A stretch of DNA of 11,381 nucleotides from positions 1 through 11,381 of IMG/VR virus record IMGVR_UViG_2703718769_000013; one strand, written 5' to 3'. A program made the translations under genes and the position numbers. The notes beneath the pieces are model-generated. The model saw nothing but the letters and a program-made list of their open reading frames with translations. It searched no databases and was not told the DNA's origin. The DNA comes from a virus (Duplodnaviria; Heunggongvirae; Uroviricota; Caudoviricetes). This document shows, one piece after another, positions 1 through 6,305 of this stretch (position 1 is the first letter of the stretch; each line of letters begins with the position of its first letter).

Positions 1-1119
1 TTAAATAACCAACTTAACCCATTCCTGACCTCGGGTATCGTTATAGCGATCGGTGGTAGCCTGGACTTTATGTCCCAGTAATGTTTTTGTATCGACACCC
101 TGTGCGCGGTACAACCGTTCTGACAGGGAGCGTTGTTCATGAAATGTTGGCGGTGTTTTTCCTGCTGGTGGAATTATTCCAGCCAGATCTCGCGCTTTGG
201 CGAAGTAATCGCTCAGGTTGTCTTTACTCATCGGTTTTGGTTGTTTCTGGTGCCTACTATGGATTAGGTATGGACTCAACATTCTGTCCCTGCATCCATC
301 AATAACTTCTTTTAACGATACCCCAATTTCATCGCATCGTAGCGTAAGAGGTAAGGCCAGACGCATTCCAGTTTTTCCTTGGGTTATATGTAGATGTCCA
401 TTCCATACATCTGAAAAACGCATGTGGCAAATGTCATCACGGCGCTGACCAGTAACAATCGCAAGAAGCATTGCGTTACGGATAAAGTGTTTTTCTGGTG
501 TTGCATTATAAATTTTTTGCCAGTCTTCCAGGGTGAGTCTGGATCTGGTCACTTTAGGGATCGGTTTACGGGTAGCCTCCGGAGGATTCCATCCAGGAGG
601 AACTTCTCCCGCATGCTGTGCTTCTTTATAAATATCAACCCATAATCCGCGATTTACTCTTGCTGTGCTGACCATGTCTTTATCCATCCACTCGTCCAGT
701 ATTAATGCAAAGTCTCTTACCTCCAGTTCTTTCAATGGGTGGTTTCCCAGGCGGGAAACCAGGTATGCAGCCATTCGCACTTTTTCTTTGTGGGTTGTAG
801 CTGCAATGTCTCCATTTTTCAGTCGCGAATCCTGTATTTTCAGATATCGATCAACCCATGCCTTTAATCTGATACCCCGACGTTTTGTTGCTGATGGACT
901 TTCATCAATTTTGCGCATGAAATATTCTGCTTCTGCTGCAGCTATTCGCTGATTGGCTGTTGAAGCGATTTTTTCTGCCTTGACTTTGTCTGTCCCGAGT
1001 CCGTGAAATTTTCCAGTCACAGGATTTTTATACTGGTAGTAAACCTTGCCAGTTCTGCGATCAAACTTTTCGTAAAGAGCTGCTACGTCAGTACTGTTTT
1101 TTCGTGGCCTCGGTGACAT
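1..1119 (-). CDS. int: Phage tyrosine integrase (lambda Int family)
   Basis: 372-aa ORF, stop is the reverse complement of bases 1-3 (TAA), ATG at 1117-1119 preceded by AAGGAG. Recognisable lambda-Int-like motifs: TFHEQRSLSERLY (His/Arg box) and C-terminal LLGHKVQATTDRYNDTRGQEW with the catalytic Tyr. Overlaps the upstream xis by 32 nt as in lambda. Confidence 0.9.
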   Translation of the reverse strand: MSPRPRKNSTDVAALYEKFDRRTGKVYYQYKNPVTGKFHGLGTDKVKAEKIASTANQRIAAAEAEYFMRKIDESPSATKRRGIRLKAWVDRYLKIQDSRLKNGDIAATTHKEKVRMAAYLVSRLGNHPLKELEVRDFALILDEWMDKDMVSTARVNRGLWVDIYKEAQHAGEVPPGWNPPEATRKPIPKVTRSRLTLEDWQKIYNATPEKHFIRNAMLLAIVTGQRRDDICHMRFSDVWNGHLHITQGKTGMRLALPLTLRCDEIGVSLKEVIDGCRDRMLSPYLIHSRHQKQPKPMSKDNLSDYFAKARDLAGIIPPAGKTPPTFHEQRSLSERLYRAQGVDTKTLLGHKVQATTDRYNDTRGQEWVKLVI

Positions 1120-1357
1120 GGGTTAAAATCTCCTTCAGTGCGTCATCATCGCCAGTATGAATTTCCGGCGCAATTCCAGCTTCACCCGGTCCAACAAAGA
1201 CTGCGCGGCGATCTATTAGCCAGCGACCACGAATTTTTTGTGGTCTTGGAACGATGTATCCTAGTTTTCCGTATTTCACCAGGGTAGTGTTTGTTATTGG
1301 GAGACTGAACCGTTTTGGTTTCCACTCGTCGAGCGTTATCAGGTACTGTTCGCTCAT
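1088..1357 (-). CDS. xis: Excisionase (Xis-like)
   Basis: 89-aa product MSEQYLITLDEWKPKRF... resembles the lambda Xis N-terminus (YLTLQEW...). GGAGTGA Shine-Dalgarno 6-7 nt before the ATG at 1357; an in-frame GTG at 1366 is an alternative start. 3' end overlaps the int start. Confidence 0.65.
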   Translation of the reverse strand: MSEQYLITLDEWKPKRFSLPITNTTLVKYGKLGYIVPRPQKIRGRWLIDRRAVFVGPGEAGIAPEIHTGDDDALKEILTHVTEATKKQY

Positions 1358-1418
1358 GGCTATCACTCCGGAACGCGCCAGTTGCAGAATATCAACGACA
1401 ACTGGCGACGGTTGAACA

Positions 1419-3893
1419 TTAAAAATCAGCCTGACTCGGGATCAGTTTTTGCCAGATAACTGAAACGTATTTTGCCTGGTAACGGGCGTCATCAAGTGCA
1501 TTATGGCGCTCACCTTCGAATGGAATAGCCGTTCTGGCATCGAAGTCTATGGCTTTCCCCAGCTCAACGATTGTGCGTACATCGCGATCGTTGTAGTAAC
1601 GCCACGGGCAGGGGATCCCCTGCCGTTCGTATGAACGGCGCAAAATCGTGTTGTCGAAGTTGGCTCCATTTCCCCAGACCTGAACAAAAAATTCACCGGA
1701 GTTTTCGTCGATAAATTCCCGCAATTGTAACAGTGCATCATCTAACGGGATTTCATCGGTCATAATGGCAGATTGCGCTTCGCGTGATTGCTTAAGCCAC
1801 CATTTAATGGTGTCCCGATCAATGACTCCGCCAGCAGTTTCCAGATCGATAGTCTTACTAAATTCCGGTCCCATATCTCCGGTTTGCGGATCGAAAAATA
1901 TTGCACCTATTGAGATGATCGGGGCATCAGGATTTTTTCCCATGGTTTCAAGGTCGATCATTAGATGGTCACACGTCCTGCTGGTGGATGTGATTTCTTG
2001 ATGACTGTTCACCTTAATTGAGTGATCTGCCGTCTCGCCAGTTTCATTATCGCTATCGTGATGCTGATTGCCGCCAGTGTTCTCCTTGTGTGGATGTTCA
2101 GCGCCTTCCATTTTCTCCGGATCATCTTCCTGAACTTCAACCTGATACTCTTCATCGAATGTTTCCTGGTATGTTGCGTCGCCCATCACCGCGCCACAAT
2201 CAGGGCAGTTGCCGCCGTCGGTCTGACCGCAGGCGGTGCAGACTTTTTCCACTTCCTGTTGCGCCACTGGTTCAGGCTGTTTCGTTTCTGGCTCGTTTTG
2301 TAACGCATTTGGGCTGTTTTGTTCCGCTTTTTGGTAGTTCCGTTCCGATTCATGCTGGTTCTGGTTTACAGAATCGCGGGTCTGGATCCCCTTAACCCAT
2401 TTCGGATCATTCGGGTCGCTAATCCCTGCAACAAATTCTCCGCGAGAGGCAGCAAGCAACTTATCGGCGTCAGGCTGGCTGATATTGGCTGCCTGCATAA
2501 TTTTGTTTACTTCGTCAGCGGTAACTTTTACCGGCTCTGGTTGTGCGGTCGTGTCAGATGCACCAGTATTTTGTTGTGAACCTGAGTATGTACTGTTTTT
2601 GCGGGCGAAATATTCTTCTTTCGTGATTTCAGTAGCCCCGGCAGCCAGTGCCTTATCCAGACCAGAAAGTTTGTTTGCGCGACCGTATTTTTCGCCATCC
2701 TTGTCGGTGAAGAGGAAGTAGAACGGCCCCTCACGCTCTACAGATGATTCGACTTCCACTTTGCATTCGGTTTTTTCGTTGTCCTGAATTGCCGTTTCCA
2801 CTGCGTCAGTTTCTGGTACTGGCGACGAGAGAGTATTAGCTGTGCCCTGATTTGTTCCTTCGTCATCTTCAAACACGCCCTTTGTAGTCAGGTATTCAGT
2901 GATGTATTTGTTCAGTGCCACGGGATCTTTGTGAATGTCGATCGGGCGTTCACGGACAAGGCCAAAAATAGTCTGGCGGCTGTAGCGAAGCGCATCAGGT
3001 TGTTTGCGCATTGATGCGGAGATGCGCTTCCAGTCTTCGCGATCTCTGGCGATAATTTCATTTTTAGCCCAGCGAAGGATGCTGCCGTCAATGTTTCCGG
3101 CATCCGCATCACCAGGCCAGAGATAGTAGGCCAGCTCCCTGTCCAGGGTTTTCCATGTCTGCTTGTATTCGCGATGAATGGCGGCAGTTACAGGAGGGAT
3201 TTTTTCTGCTGGGTTTTCAGTGTGCTGTCGGTTGGCTTTGGCGCGGGCAAGATCAACAACAGACGTGTATTTTCCAGTCTCTTTGCGCTCTGCGTCCTGC
3301 CGTTTTTTCCAGTTACGTAATTCAGCCTGAATTTCGGGCCATTTGGTACCCGGCTTACATTTGTGTTTAACCCATCCGATAGCGAACAGTTTGCGTTCCG
3401 GATACATAGCGTTAATTTCAGGCGTTTTCATCAGTGCTTCAACGATATGCCCGTCAAAGGTAGCCACGTCTTCTTGCAGTAATTCCTGCGCGTCAATCGC
3501 CATATCAACGGTGATGTTTTCACATGTACCGAACTTAACTAGGGCCGCGTTCTGTACTTCAAGGGACAGCTTGTCAAAATTGACGTTAATAGGATCGGAT
3601 TCTGGTTCGACCGGAATAAAGGAAGCGGATTCCTCATCCCAGCGGTTTTCCTGCATATATTCGGTATCCCAGGAGTCGATAGCAGGGCGGGGCATGCCGG
3701 GTTTATCTTCGCAGACAAGAAATTTATAAGCGCAGTCCTGAGCAGCAGGATATTGCTCCAGGAATTGCCAGGTAAATTTGGCACGGGCGCGGCGTTCATC
3801 ACCGGCTTCAATGGCAGTGGCTACAGCAACTGCGCCCTCTTCTTTTATTGCCTGTTCGTCCGGAATGGCGGCGCAAATAAAGACTTTACTCAT
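1419..3893 (-). CDS. RecE-like prophage exonuclease (exodeoxyribonuclease VIII family) with C-terminal DEDDh (DnaQ-like) 3'-5' exonuclease domain
   Basis: 824-aa ORF, ATG at 3891-3893 with GAGGT upstream. The last ~180 aa carry the three DEDDh motifs directly visible in the translation: MIDLETMG (Exo I), VWGNGANFD (Exo II), HNALDDARY (Exo III). Central CxxC-x7-CxxC (CTACGQTDGGNCPDCG) and long acidic low-complexity linkers. The segment LLAASRGEFVAGISDPNDPKWVKGIQTRD matches what I recall of RecE-family prophage exonucleases (memory only). Sits between xis and the dicB module, where ydfE/recE sit in Qin/Rac. Confidence 0.7.
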   Translation of the reverse strand: MSKVFICAAIPDEQAIKEEGAVAVATAIEAGDERRARAKFTWQFLEQYPAAQDCAYKFLVCEDKPGMPRPAIDSWDTEYMQENRWDEESASFIPVEPESDPINVNFDKLSLEVQNAALVKFGTCENITVDMAIDAQELLQEDVATFDGHIVEALMKTPEINAMYPERKLFAIGWVKHKCKPGTKWPEIQAELRNWKKRQDAERKETGKYTSVVDLARAKANRQHTENPAEKIPPVTAAIHREYKQTWKTLDRELAYYLWPGDADAGNIDGSILRWAKNEIIARDREDWKRISASMRKQPDALRYSRQTIFGLVRERPIDIHKDPVALNKYITEYLTTKGVFEDDEGTNQGTANTLSSPVPETDAVETAIQDNEKTECKVEVESSVEREGPFYFLFTDKDGEKYGRANKLSGLDKALAAGATEITKEEYFARKNSTYSGSQQNTGASDTTAQPEPVKVTADEVNKIMQAANISQPDADKLLAASRGEFVAGISDPNDPKWVKGIQTRDSVNQNQHESERNYQKAEQNSPNALQNEPETKQPEPVAQQEVEKVCTACGQTDGGNCPDCGAVMGDATYQETFDEEYQVEVQEDDPEKMEGAEHPHKENTGGNQHHDSDNETGETADHSIKVNSHQEITSTSRTCDHLMIDLETMGKNPDAPIISIGAIFFDPQTGDMGPEFSKTIDLETAGGVIDRDTIKWWLKQSREAQSAIMTDEIPLDDALLQLREFIDENSGEFFVQVWGNGANFDNTILRRSYERQGIPCPWRYYNDRDVRTIVELGKAIDFDARTAIPFEGERHNALDDARYQAKYVSVIWQKLIPSQADF

Positions 3894-3986
3894 TTTGTTT
3901 TAACCTCATTACAGATTTAAGGGTGAACAAATCCCTGCCATTGCTGGCATATAAAAATGAAACCGGATATTAATTACGGTGCTGTT

Positions 3987-4178
3987 TTAAAGTCCTGCCG
4001 GTATTTCGTTATTATTAGTGTGAGTAGTTTTATCTACCGGATAACAGTTACCGGGAATTTTTTGTTCTGATGCTGCAGCCATGCATTCTTTCATTGAACC
4101 GTATAAGCCAGTCACCAGCTCAAGAGATTCGCCGGAAACAAGATAAACTGTCAGAACGAGTGCAAATGTTGTATTCAT
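3987..4178 (-). CDS. ydfD: YdfD-like small lysis protein (63 aa, N-terminal hydrophobic segment)
   Basis: 63-aa ORF MNTTFALVLTVYLVSG... immediately downstream of dicB with an ATGA start/stop overlap (4175-4178); AAGGA Shine-Dalgarno. Same size and position as ydfD of the Qin prophage; the family assignment is from memory. Confidence 0.65.
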   Translation of the reverse strand: MNTTFALVLTVYLVSGESLELVTGLYGSMKECMAAASEQKIPGNCYPVDKTTHTNNNEIPAGL

Positions 4179-4363
4179 TGTTTATATCCTTTTTGCAGCA
4201 GGTCCAGACGAGCCAGCATTGAAGGAATGCATACTTCATTTAACAGGTCCTGCTCGAGTTTTCTCTGCTTAATGGCGTCTTCAATAAATGTTTTGTCTCC
4301 AGTGATAACGCCAATTTCGAAACGAAGTTCAGACGTGCTGGCATTACATGATAACTTTTCCAT
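4175..4363 (-). CDS. dicB: Cell-division inhibitor DicB
   Basis: Internal ATG at 4361-4363 of the 97-aa track ORF gives a 62-aa protein MEKLSCNASTSELRFEIGVITGDKTFIEDAIKQRKLEQDLLNEVCIPSMLARLDLLQKGYKQ. This aligns along its full length with E. coli DicB as I recall it (…FEIGV…TEDAINKRKQERELLNKICIVSMLARL…). The longer 97-aa form is rejected because DicB is 62 aa. Confidence 0.85.
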   Translation of the reverse strand: MEKLSCNASTSELRFEIGVITGDKTFIEDAIKQRKLEQDLLNEVCIPSMLARLDLLQKGYKQ

Positions 4364-4533
4364 TATCGCGTCCTCAACAATGAATTTTGTGATGCGGTGC
4401 CTGGTGCCTCCAGGTGACGTTAACCAGTTAACAATTAACGCCGGATACAGAGAATCCACCCATAACACTGTTTTTGGTTTTAACTGTTCCGCGTGCGCTG
4501 AGCCGCATTCACCGCATCACAAAATTCACTTTT

Positions 4534-4591
4534 AAAAAAGGGCGGCAGAGCAGTCACGGAGTAAAACTGATACCGCCAAATGTCACCAGAA
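4534..4591 (-). ncRNA. dicF: DicF small regulatory RNA (Hfq-dependent sRNA repressing ftsZ)
   Basis: Minus strand reads TTCTGGTGACATTTGGCGGTATCAGTTTTACTCCGTGACTGCTCTGCCGCCCTTTTTT, nearly identical to K-12 DicF as I remember it, ending in a GC stem plus U-tract. Lies about 170 nt upstream of dicB, the conserved arrangement. Ends are approximate (a few nt). Confidence 0.8.
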
Positions 4592-4868
4592 TATTGATAA
4601 CAGAGGGCGTTGTAGCGGGGTTGTCACTTAAGCGTATGGTCAACCTGACAACCCGGTGTCCTCAACGGGGAAAGGCGTCCCTCCCACCCCCGCCATACTT
4701 ACCGCCGCGCCATTTCGCGGGGCGCCACAACCGGAAGCGCACGGTCGAATTAAATTTAACGACACCGTGCAGTGAGACGAACTTCGCCGTGCGCTTTCGT
4801 GTTGTGTGCCTGCTTTTAACCACGTCAGGCGAGGTGGTTTCCGTCATTCCCCAACGACAGGAAATCTG

Positions 4869-4874
4869 TATAAT
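4869..4874 (+). promoter_or_regulatory. Candidate -10 element (TATAAT) for the plus-strand 148-aa gene
   Basis: Perfect TATAAT at 4869-4874, 30-70 nt upstream of two plus-strand start codons; no convincing -35 hexamer. Confidence 0.3.
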
Positions 4875-4940
4875 CTGGATATCCCCAACGATCCAAGGAA
4901 ATCATATGACAGAGCAAAGAGCACAAGCAGGTGATGGTGT

Positions 4941-5387
4941 ATGGACCGGGATGATATTCTTGACAGAATTTTATATGGCTATTTTCTTGAGCAACTGTTT
5001 TCTGTAGCGACTGGTCGTCTCGATAAACTTCTCTCAGTAGTGAGTATTATCCTCGGTTCATCTGTCATTGGCGGATTCATTCCGGAAATTTCTGGCGTTT
5101 TTATTGTTGTGATCGCAACCGACCAAACGATTTATGGATTCGGACAAAAGTCAGGTAATGCCATGAGAAAATCCGCAGAATATTTGCAGCTTTTTGATGA
5201 TGCAGAAAAATATTCTGATTCGGAATTGAAAATTCAGTTAAAAACTCTGGGAAAAACAGATGATCATATTTGGTCATCACTTAAAGATATTGCGATCTTA
5301 AAAACACAGATCAAAATAGGCGTCTCCATCGAACAACACGAGAAGTTGCCCACAAAATCCAAATTGATGCGATTTCTTTGTGGTTAG
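4941..5387 (+). CDS. Hypothetical two-transmembrane membrane protein (candidate superinfection-exclusion / abortive-infection effector; SieB-like or SLATT-like, unverified)
   Basis: 148-aa ORF with AGGTGA Shine-Dalgarno 6 nt before the ATG. Two adjacent hydrophobic helices (LLSVVSIILGSSVIGGF, ISGVFIVVIATDQTIYGF) followed by a charged helical tail. Visibly AT-rich compared with its neighbours. Encoded on the strand opposite to the surrounding dicB operon. Confidence 0.55.
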   Translation: MDRDDILDRILYGYFLEQLFSVATGRLDKLLSVVSIILGSSVIGGFIPEISGVFIVVIATDQTIYGFGQKSGNAMRKSAEYLQLFDDAEKYSDSELKIQLKTLGKTDDHIWSSLKDIAILKTQIKIGVSIEQHEKLPTKSKLMRFLCG

Positions 5388-5412
5388 GAATATCCAGATT
5401 GTTAAAGAGCAT

Positions 5413-5436
5413 GCCGGAGGTTTATCCGTGTCCGGC
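5413..5436. terminator. Stem-loop between the convergent 148-aa gene and ydfC (possible bidirectional terminator or RNA-stability element)
   Basis: GCCGGA-N12-TCCGGC inverted repeat 26 nt after the 148-aa gene stop and about 40 nt after the ydfC stop; no clean U-tract on either strand. Confidence 0.25.
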
Positions 5437-5476
5437 GCACGCACTTCATCTGCGGAGAACTACTTGAGCTCATTGG

Positions 5477-5692
5477 TCAGTAGTTTTCAATCACTCGCGA
5501 AACGTTTAATGCCGCGCTTTTTGCCAGAGTGGTAATATCCTGCTCCGCTGACACCAGTTCTTTAGAGAGGCGCTCTTTGTAGTCAGCGGCCTGCTTCAGG
5601 TCATTAATGGCGCGTATCTTTCCGCACATCCATTCGTAAATTTCATCCTCGGTATAGTCTGGTGCGATGATGACGGGTTCTCGTTTCTGCAT
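5477..5692 (-). CDS. ydfC: YdfC-like protein (Qin-type dicB operon)
   Basis: 71-aa ORF MQKREPVIIAPDYTEDEIYEW... with GAGGAA Shine-Dalgarno; third gene of a tightly packed ydfA-ydfB-ydfC array. Name assigned by size and synteny, from memory. Confidence 0.6.
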   Translation of the reverse strand: MQKREPVIIAPDYTEDEIYEWMCGKIRAINDLKQAADYKERLSKELVSAEQDITTLAKSAALNVSRVIENY

Positions 5693-5721
5693 ACTGATTC
5701 CTCGCGGTGCCGCTTCGCTTA

Positions 5722-5850
5722 TCAGTCGTTAGATTTTGCCGAACTGGAAAGCGCCTGTTTAAACTCACTGAAGCTGAGAGCTTCTTCGCCTTCGGCAAGG
5801 CCTTCGAAGTATTCTTCGTAAGCCTTTTCCATGATTGCGTCGAAATCCAT
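5722..5850 (-). CDS. ydfB: YdfB-like small protein (42 aa)
   Basis: Not in the supplied ORF track (under 60 aa). Hand translation from the ATG at 5848-5850 gives MDFDAIMEKAYEEYFEGLAEGEEALSFSEFKQALSSSAKSND, stop TGA at 5722-5724. AGGTGA Shine-Dalgarno; start lies 2 nt from the ydfA stop. Confidence 0.55.
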   Translation of the reverse strand: MDFDAIMEKAYEEYFEGLAEGEEALSFSEFKQALSSSAKSND

Positions 5851-5851
5851 A

Positions 5852-6007
5852 TCACTCACCTGAATTTCTTTCCAGCCAGCGACGCGCGCCAGCTTCGGTT
5901 TTAAACGTTTTGCTTCTGGTATACGTCATCGCGGTGAACGTACCGTCTTGGTTTGGAAACACGCCGTACACCAGAGATTCGTTGTTGCCAAGATCGATAG
6001 TATCCAT
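5852..6007 (-). CDS. ydfA: YdfA-like protein (51 aa)
   Basis: Internal ATG at 6005-6007 with GAGGT Shine-Dalgarno gives a 51-aa protein MDTIDLGNNESLVYGVFPNQDGTFTAMTYTRSKTFKTEAGARRWLERNSGE. Size and sequence fit what I recall of Qin YdfA. The 78-aa extension has no ribosome-binding site. Confidence 0.65.
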   Translation of the reverse strand: MDTIDLGNNESLVYGVFPNQDGTFTAMTYTRSKTFKTEAGARRWLERNSGE

Positions 6008-6186
6008 GCTGACCTCATTTCCCCTTAACGCCGGGGTAGCGGAACAAAAACCTGCTGCATAGTTATTAAAGTTGAACCCTGCCGTCATGTTCTTACGCCT
6101 CGGGCTGGCTACTTAACCCCTGACCACTGCCTGGTAACTCGAAGTATTGCCCTGCGTTCTGTGGGGCGGGGTGGGTTGGTATGTAT

Positions 6187-6234
6187 ATAATGTACTTTAT
6201 GTTCAGTGTTGTAAAGTACTTTAAGTACATTTTA
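6187..6234. promoter_or_regulatory. OL-like operator cluster and candidate leftward promoter for the ydfABC-dicF-dicB operon
   Basis: Three related TGTACT-core sites: aaTGTACTtt (6189-6198), aaaGTACttt (6213-6222, part of the perfect 12-bp palindrome TAAAGTACTTTA at 6212-6223), aaGTACattt (6223-6232). Candidate minus-strand promoter: -35 TTTACA (6215-6210), 17-bp spacer, -10 CATTAT (6192-6187). Confidence 0.4.
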
Positions 6235-6305
6235 TGTGTAAAAAAATGAGATGGGAAAAAGTGAAACACAAACCCGGAGGGGGACGCTACCGGATTTATG
6301 CTGGT

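Noticed and set aside
81-952. Plus-strand ORFs of 73-95 aa inside the integrase region
   Set aside because: Antisense to a well-supported integrase gene, no ribosome-binding sites, low-complexity translations.
1547-3811. Multiple 60-130-aa ORFs on both strands within the exonuclease gene
   Set aside because: All overlap the 824-aa ORF, which has clear catalytic motifs; Cys/Arg-rich or hydrophobic nonsense translations typical of wrong-frame reading.
4175-4468. Long 97-aa form of the dicB ORF
   Set aside because: DicB is 62 aa and the homology begins at the internal ATG (4363); the N-terminal extension has no match or ribosome-binding site.
4662-4847. 61-aa minus-strand ORF in the GC-rich block
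   Set aside because: Highly basic, Gly/Arg-rich translation, no ribosome-binding site; more likely structured RNA.
4600-4905. Retron msr/msd or type III toxin-antitoxin RNA
   Set aside because: No reverse transcriptase or endoribonuclease gene adjacent and no tandem direct repeats; only inverted repeats are present.
4474-5007. 177-aa plus-strand ORF spanning the DicF antisense and the GC-rich block
   Set aside because: No ribosome-binding site at its start, runs antisense through dicF, Arg/Pro-rich translation typical of GC-rich non-coding DNA; only its last 33 codons have a Shine-Dalgarno (reported separately).
5643-5855. 70-aa minus-strand ORF
   Set aside because: Overlaps both ydfC and ydfB in another frame; its translation is basic and low-complexity, while the ydfB frame has a ribosome-binding site.
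5852-6088. 78-aa long form of ydfA
   Set aside because: Internal ATG at 6007 has a GAGGT Shine-Dalgarno and gives the expected 51-aa protein; the extension lacks a ribosome-binding site.
6186-6191. Perfect TATAAT on the plus strand
   Set aside because: No -35 element at 16-18 bp and it would drive transcription antisense into the repressor gene; more likely part of the AT-rich operator region.
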